Shown here in pieces: positions 28,222-32,000 of a DNA stretch of 32,000 bases. A program made the translations under genes and the position numbers. The stretch comes from Trichodesmium erythraeum IMS101 (lineage in GTDB: Bacteria > Cyanobacteriota > Cyanobacteriia > Cyanobacteriales > Microcoleaceae), in NCBI RefSeq assembly GCF_000014265.1, contig NC_008312.1, forward strand, positions 4,740,001-4,772,000. Direction: 5' to 3'. Positions within the stretch are counted from its first letter, which is position 1. Every line of letters begins with the position of its first letter. The notes under the pieces were generated by a model, which saw only the letters and a list, made by a program, of their open reading frames with translations, was not told the origin of the DNA and did no database searches.

Positions 28222-31032
28222 ATGAATAATTCCCAACGTCCGACTGTTTTTATTGAAAAAATTATGCCTGTGAAATTATTAAATCAACAGGTTTATTATG
28301 AACATGGAGGTAATCCTTTTAAGGGGTTGCATCGCTGGTATTCTCGTAAACCTTTATCGTTTTCAAGAGCTTCGGTTTTAGCTTCTTTATTGCCTGATGA
28401 TATTTCTGTAGAAGAGTTTGAGTATTTATTAGGGTTGAAAAAGCGGAGCAATTCTATTCAAAAAAGTGAACAGTATAAGGATGATACTAAGCTTTATAAA
28501 ACTCCTCCTGATGAAACAAGAATTAAGCAGGTACATGACTACTGTGAGAAAACCTGGGGGACCAGAACACCTACTATTTTGGATGCGTTCGGTGGTGGTG
28601 GGAGTATTCCTTTTGAAGCAGCGCGGTATGGGTTGAATGTTTTGGCATCAGATTTGAATCCGGTGGCAGTGGTGACAATGAAAGCAGCGATGGAATATCC
28701 TTTGAAATTCGGACCTGACTTGCAGCAGGATATTGATAAGTGGGTGCAGTGGGTAGGGGATGAGGCAGAGAAACGGTTGGCTGAGTTTTTCCCGTCGTTG
28801 CCAGGGGAAAGGGTGCAGAATTATTTGTGGGCCCATACGGTGGTTTGTCCCAGTTGTCAGTCGGTTGTGCCTTTGAGTCCGAATTGGTGGTTATATAAAC
28901 GCCCGGAAAAGCAGAATTTACATAAATGGTGTGCGGTGAAACCTATTCCTAATCCTGAAGGGAAGCGGGTTGATTTTGAGTTGATAAAAGGAAGTAAGGG
29001 AAAAGGTACGACTATTAAGACTGATGAGGGTGAGTTCGATCCGAGTGACTACAATACTATTAGTAGGGGTGTGGGTAAATGTTTGAATTGTGGTAATGTG
29101 ATTGAGGATGGTGTAATTAAATCTCAGGCACGGTCAGGAAAGCTTGGGCATCAAATGTATGCAGTGGCATTTAAAAAAGGTAAGGGAAGTTTAGAGTTTA
29201 GATTACCTCAAAATGTTGACTTTGATGGATTGGGTAAAACTGATTATTATTTGAATAGTAGTTTTGAGGAATTTCAATTAAGTGGTTTATTACCAGAAAT
29301 CGAAATTAACTCTGGTGAGAAAACAGACGAACTTATTAGATATGGAATTAACCAATGGTCAAAATTATTTAATCCCCGTCAACTTCTAACCCTTGTCACT
29401 TATGTCGAAATTATTAACGATGTTAAGTTACAATTACAAGCAGAATATGAACCCGATAAAGTAGAGGCGATCGCTACTTATTTGGCATTGATATTGGATA
29501 GATGCGTTGACATAAACAGCAGACTTACTCACCTAAACCCAGCAGGAAGTTGGGGAATTCAAATGTCATCTGCCCAACATTCTCTTAATTTAATGTGGAA
29601 CTACGTTGAAGCATCTGGTAGTGCAAAGCTTTGGTCAGTATATTCTCAAACTGTTCAAAGCGGATATCCTAAAATTTGCCAACTCCTCAACGCCAAACCT
29701 CTACCCATTGACACCCAACAACACAACAAAACCATCCAAATAGACTCCACATCAGCAGACACCCTCTACCACATCCCCAATAACTCAGTAGATGCCATCA
29801 TCACCGACCCGCCCTACTACGCCACCATTCAATACGCCGAACTATCGGACTTTTTCTACGTCTGGCAGCGCCGAGTCTTAGGCGATATCTTCCCCGACCT
29901 CTACTTAACCGAACTCACCGACAAAGACAGAGAAGCAGTTGCCAACCCCTCCCGCTTCCGCAACATGGGAACATCCCCCGATGAACTTGCAAACCAAGAC
30001 TACGAAGCAAAAATGGCACTCGCCTTTGCCGAACATTACCGAGTCTTGCGCGACGACGGCGTAATGACGGTACAATTTAACCACAAAGAGTCCGGCGCGT
30101 GGGATGTCTTAGCAAAATCTCTCATTGACGCTGGTTTTGAAATCACCGCATCTTGGGCAGTCAGTACTGAAAACCCCCAAAACCTCCATCAAGCTAAGAA
30201 AAATTCTGTTTCCAGCACCGTCTTACTTGTCTGTCGCAAACGTGACCCCAACGCCCCTCAAGCATGGTGGGATGACCTGCAACCAGAAGTTGCCAACCAA
30301 GTAGAGGAACGCGCCCCCGACTTTGAAAAAAATGACATCACGGGAATTGACCTATATCTCAGCGCATTCGGCCCAGCATTAAACGTATTCAGTCGTTCCT
30401 ATCCCATATTAGACAACAGTGGAGTAGAAGTCCGCCCCGAAGTCGCCTTTGCTGAAGCTAGAAAAGCGATCGCTAACTACCGCTTCCAGAAACTTGTACA
30501 AACAGACACAGCGGGCTTTGATATTTTGACCCAATGGTATTTATTAGCTTGGGATGCTTTCAGTGCCAGGGAGTTCCCCTTTGATGAAGCCAGACAACTT
30601 GCCCTAGCCATAGGAGGTTTCAACGTCAACGACCTGGTTAAAGTTCACAAATTATTAGACTCAACGAGTGGCACTTGCAAATTATTAACACCCCGACAAC
30701 GACTGAAAAAACGAGCATTTTCGGTCACTCCACAAGATTTTTCTAGTCAATATTTAGTAGATGACATTCATGCTATTATTGCTATTTATCAAGAAGAGGA
30801 AAATGTAGAAGTAGTCCGTCGGTTTATGGAAAAAACAGGATTATTAAGCAATGAAATGTTTATGCAAACTATTGAAGTAGCATTAAAAGTAATTCCCGAT
30901 AAAATAGAAGAGGAACAAACCTTGATGAATTTGTGTTTAATGATGGATGAAATTAAAGATAATGTCAGTACCCAAGGGAAACAATTAGAATTATTTGAAC
31001 AGCAGTTAAGCTTAGATTTTGGAGATGTTTAA
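28222..31032 (+). CDS. DUF1156-type Zn-ribbon DNA amino-methyltransferase (936 aa)
   Basis: The N-terminus FIEKIMPVKLLN...GLHRWYSRKPLSFSRASVLASLL is DUF1156-like. Other motifs are DAFGGGGSIPFEAARYG (motif I), CPSC...CLNCG (Zn ribbon) and ITDPPYY (motif IV, 29806-29820). Confidence 0.8.
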   Translation: MNNSQRPTVFIEKIMPVKLLNQQVYYEHGGNPFKGLHRWYSRKPLSFSRASVLASLLPDDISVEEFEYLLGLKKRSNSIQKSEQYKDDTKLYKTPPDETRIKQVHDYCEKTWGTRTPTILDAFGGGGSIPFEAARYGLNVLASDLNPVAVVTMKAAMEYPLKFGPDLQQDIDKWVQWVGDEAEKRLAEFFPSLPGERVQNYLWAHTVVCPSCQSVVPLSPNWWLYKRPEKQNLHKWCAVKPIPNPEGKRVDFELIKGSKGKGTTIKTDEGEFDPSDYNTISRGVGKCLNCGNVIEDGVIKSQARSGKLGHQMYAVAFKKGKGSLEFRLPQNVDFDGLGKTDYYLNSSFEEFQLSGLLPEIEINSGEKTDELIRYGINQWSKLFNPRQLLTLVTYVEIINDVKLQLQAEYEPDKVEAIATYLALILDRCVDINSRLTHLNPAGSWGIQMSSAQHSLNLMWNYVEASGSAKLWSVYSQTVQSGYPKICQLLNAKPLPIDTQQHNKTIQIDSTSADTLYHIPNNSVDAIITDPPYYATIQYAELSDFFYVWQRRVLGDIFPDLYLTELTDKDREAVANPSRFRNMGTSPDELANQDYEAKMALAFAEHYRVLRDDGVMTVQFNHKESGAWDVLAKSLIDAGFEITASWAVSTENPQNLHQAKKNSVSSTVLLVCRKRDPNAPQAWWDDLQPEVANQVEERAPDFEKNDITGIDLYLSAFGPALNVFSRSYPILDNSGVEVRPEVAFAEARKAIANYRFQKLVQTDTAGFDILTQWYLLAWDAFSAREFPFDEARQLALAIGGFNVNDLVKVHKLLDSTSGTCKLLTPRQRLKKRAFSVTPQDFSSQYLVDDIHAIIAIYQEEENVEVVRRFMEKTGLLSNEMFMQTIEVALKVIPDKIEEEQTLMNLCLMMDEIKDNVSTQGKQLELFEQQLSLDFGDV

Positions 31033-31047
31033 ATAGCAATTTATAGT

Positions 31048-31082
31048 TAAAACTTCTACATTCAAAACTAATAGAAGTTTTA
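31048..31082 (+). promoter_or_regulatory. Intergenic hairpin between the methyltransferase and PLD-domain genes
   Basis: TAAAACTTCTA / TAGAAGTTTTA form an 11-bp stem with a 13-nt loop and no T-tract after it. ATAACTGA occurs twice further downstream (about 31133 and 31153). Confidence 0.4.
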
Positions 31083-31164
31083 TCAGTAAAATTGCAGACA
31101 TAAAAGCCAACATAGACATTAAATTAATTCCCATAACTGATAATTGATAACTAATAACTGAAAA

Positions 31165-32000
31165 ATGCCTAACTTCCGTTCCCATTATTGGTCTATTAGC
31201 TACTCCAGCAATGAAAATAATCCTATTGCTGACTTCTATATCCCTGCCTTAGAATGTGCTATTCAATATGATAGAAAATCTGGTTTTTTTAGTAGTGCTA
31301 TTCTCAGTAAAGTAACCAGAGGATTAGGAGCAATGCTTCAAAATGAAGGTAAAATACGTCTGATTATGGGATGTCAATTTAACCCTCAAGATTTAGAAAC
31401 CATTCAAAAAGGTTATGAGTTGAGAAAAGCTCTAACCCTTCGTCTTGATGCTGACTTAAAACCACCAGAAAATTTTGCCCAGCTCAAACATTTTGAAATT
31501 CTTAGTTGGTTAATTTCTACAGGTTATTTAGATATTAAAATTGCCATTCCTCTTAAAAATAACGGACTGCCAGAAGCAAGCGATCAACAATTAGACCCCC
31601 AACATATTTTCCATGAAAAAGTTGGAATTTTTACGGATAAAAATGGCGACCAAATAGCCTTTAGTGGTTCTAATAATGAATCATTAGGAGGATGGGAACA
31701 AAACGTAGAATCGTTTCATGTTTATTGTGCTTGGGAAGGAGAAAGAGACTTTGATAGAGTACAAGAAGAAGTATATAGATTTGAGAAACTTTGGCATAAT
31801 TTAGCTCCTAATGTGAAAGTATTTAATATTCCAGAAGCCGTTGCAGAAAAACTTTTACGTTATACTCCCTCTACTAAACCCACTTGGAATGAAAAAGTTG
31901 AATTTGACACAAGACCATTACCATCAAAACTATCATATTTTTCTGACAACAAATCCGAGGAAAAAGAGGAAAGTAAAAACATATTTTCTACAGATAATAT
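31165..32000 (+). CDS. PLD/HKD-nuclease-domain protein, 5' partial (continues beyond window; a helicase body is expected downstream)
   Basis: It is not in the ORF track because there is no stop in the window. My translation from ATG 31165 is open to 31998: MPNFRSHYWSISYSS...YDRKSGFFSSAIL...IFHEKVGIFTDKNGDQIAFSGSNNESLGGW, which contains an HxK...D...GSxN phospholipase-D motif. Confidence 0.7.
   Translation, partial: MPNFRSHYWSISYSSNENNPIADFYIPALECAIQYDRKSGFFSSAILSKVTRGLGAMLQNEGKIRLIMGCQFNPQDLETIQKGYELRKALTLRLDADLKPPENFAQLKHFEILSWLISTGYLDIKIAIPLKNNGLPEASDQQLDPQHIFHEKVGIFTDKNGDQIAFSGSNNESLGGWEQNVESFHVYCAWEGERDFDRVQEEVYRFEKLWHNLAPNVKVFNIPEAVAEKLLRYTPSTKPTWNEKVEFDTRPLPSKLSYFSDNKSEEKEESKNIFSTDN

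Noticed and set aside
28648-28836. Minus-strand ORF inside the methyltransferase gene
   Set aside because: It is an antisense shadow ORF. It falls in the G-rich patch, which is poor in stop codons on the opposite strand.
1-32000. CRISPR arrays, tRNA, rRNA
   Set aside because: I found no regularly spaced direct repeats with unique spacers, and no cloverleaf-like or rRNA-like sequence on reading either strand.
24454-32000. Assignment of the defence operon to BREX, DISARM or a classical type I R-M system
   Set aside because: In the window I recognised no PglZ phosphatase, BrxC/BrxL-like or DUF1998 protein, and no HsdS/HsdR-like genes. The methyltransferase is DUF1156-type rather than PglX- or HsdM-like. 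Genes beyond 32000 remain unseen.

Overview
The window looks cyanobacterial. It is AT-rich, carries many HIP1 octamers (GCGATCGC, e.g. 2745, 7282, 8537, 15217, 15437, 22965, 27353, 29467, 30466) and has Nostoc-type short repeats. It falls into three blocks.

(1) 1-9650 is an insertion-sequence graveyard. It holds at least eight IS copies or fragments (IS630 x2 types, IS5/IS427-like, IS903-like, Harbinger/DDE_Tnp_4-like, IS4/Tn5-like, IS1, one unassigned), several nested in each other. They have destroyed a tyrosine recombinase gene, a VOC/glyoxalase gene and plsY.

(2) 9656-22408 is a co-directional glycan/sugar-activation and export cluster. It encodes a GT61/DUF563 glycosyltransferase, a PhyH dioxygenase abutting an ABC exporter, a KpsF/KdsD-type arabinose-5-P isomerase, a nucleotidyltransferase-kinase fusion, a mini HAD phosphatase, a TylF-type methyltransferase, a TauD dioxygenase and two orphan ORFs. 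A nested IS pair splits the cluster at 11060-12552.

(3) 24155-32000 follows a decayed IS903-like copy and is a compact defence-like operon. It runs XRE HTH, DUF499-type P-loop ATPase (1090 aa), a 143-aa coupled ORF, a DUF1156-type Zn-ribbon amino-methyltransferase (936 aa), then an ORF with an N-terminal PLD/HKD nuclease domain that runs off the window. This operon is the best candidate for the poorly characterised system. The gene combination has been noticed in comparative genomics, but to my knowledge it has not been worked out mechanistically.

I recognised no rRNA, tRNA or CRISPR array. All homology statements come from reading the translations by eye; no searches were run.
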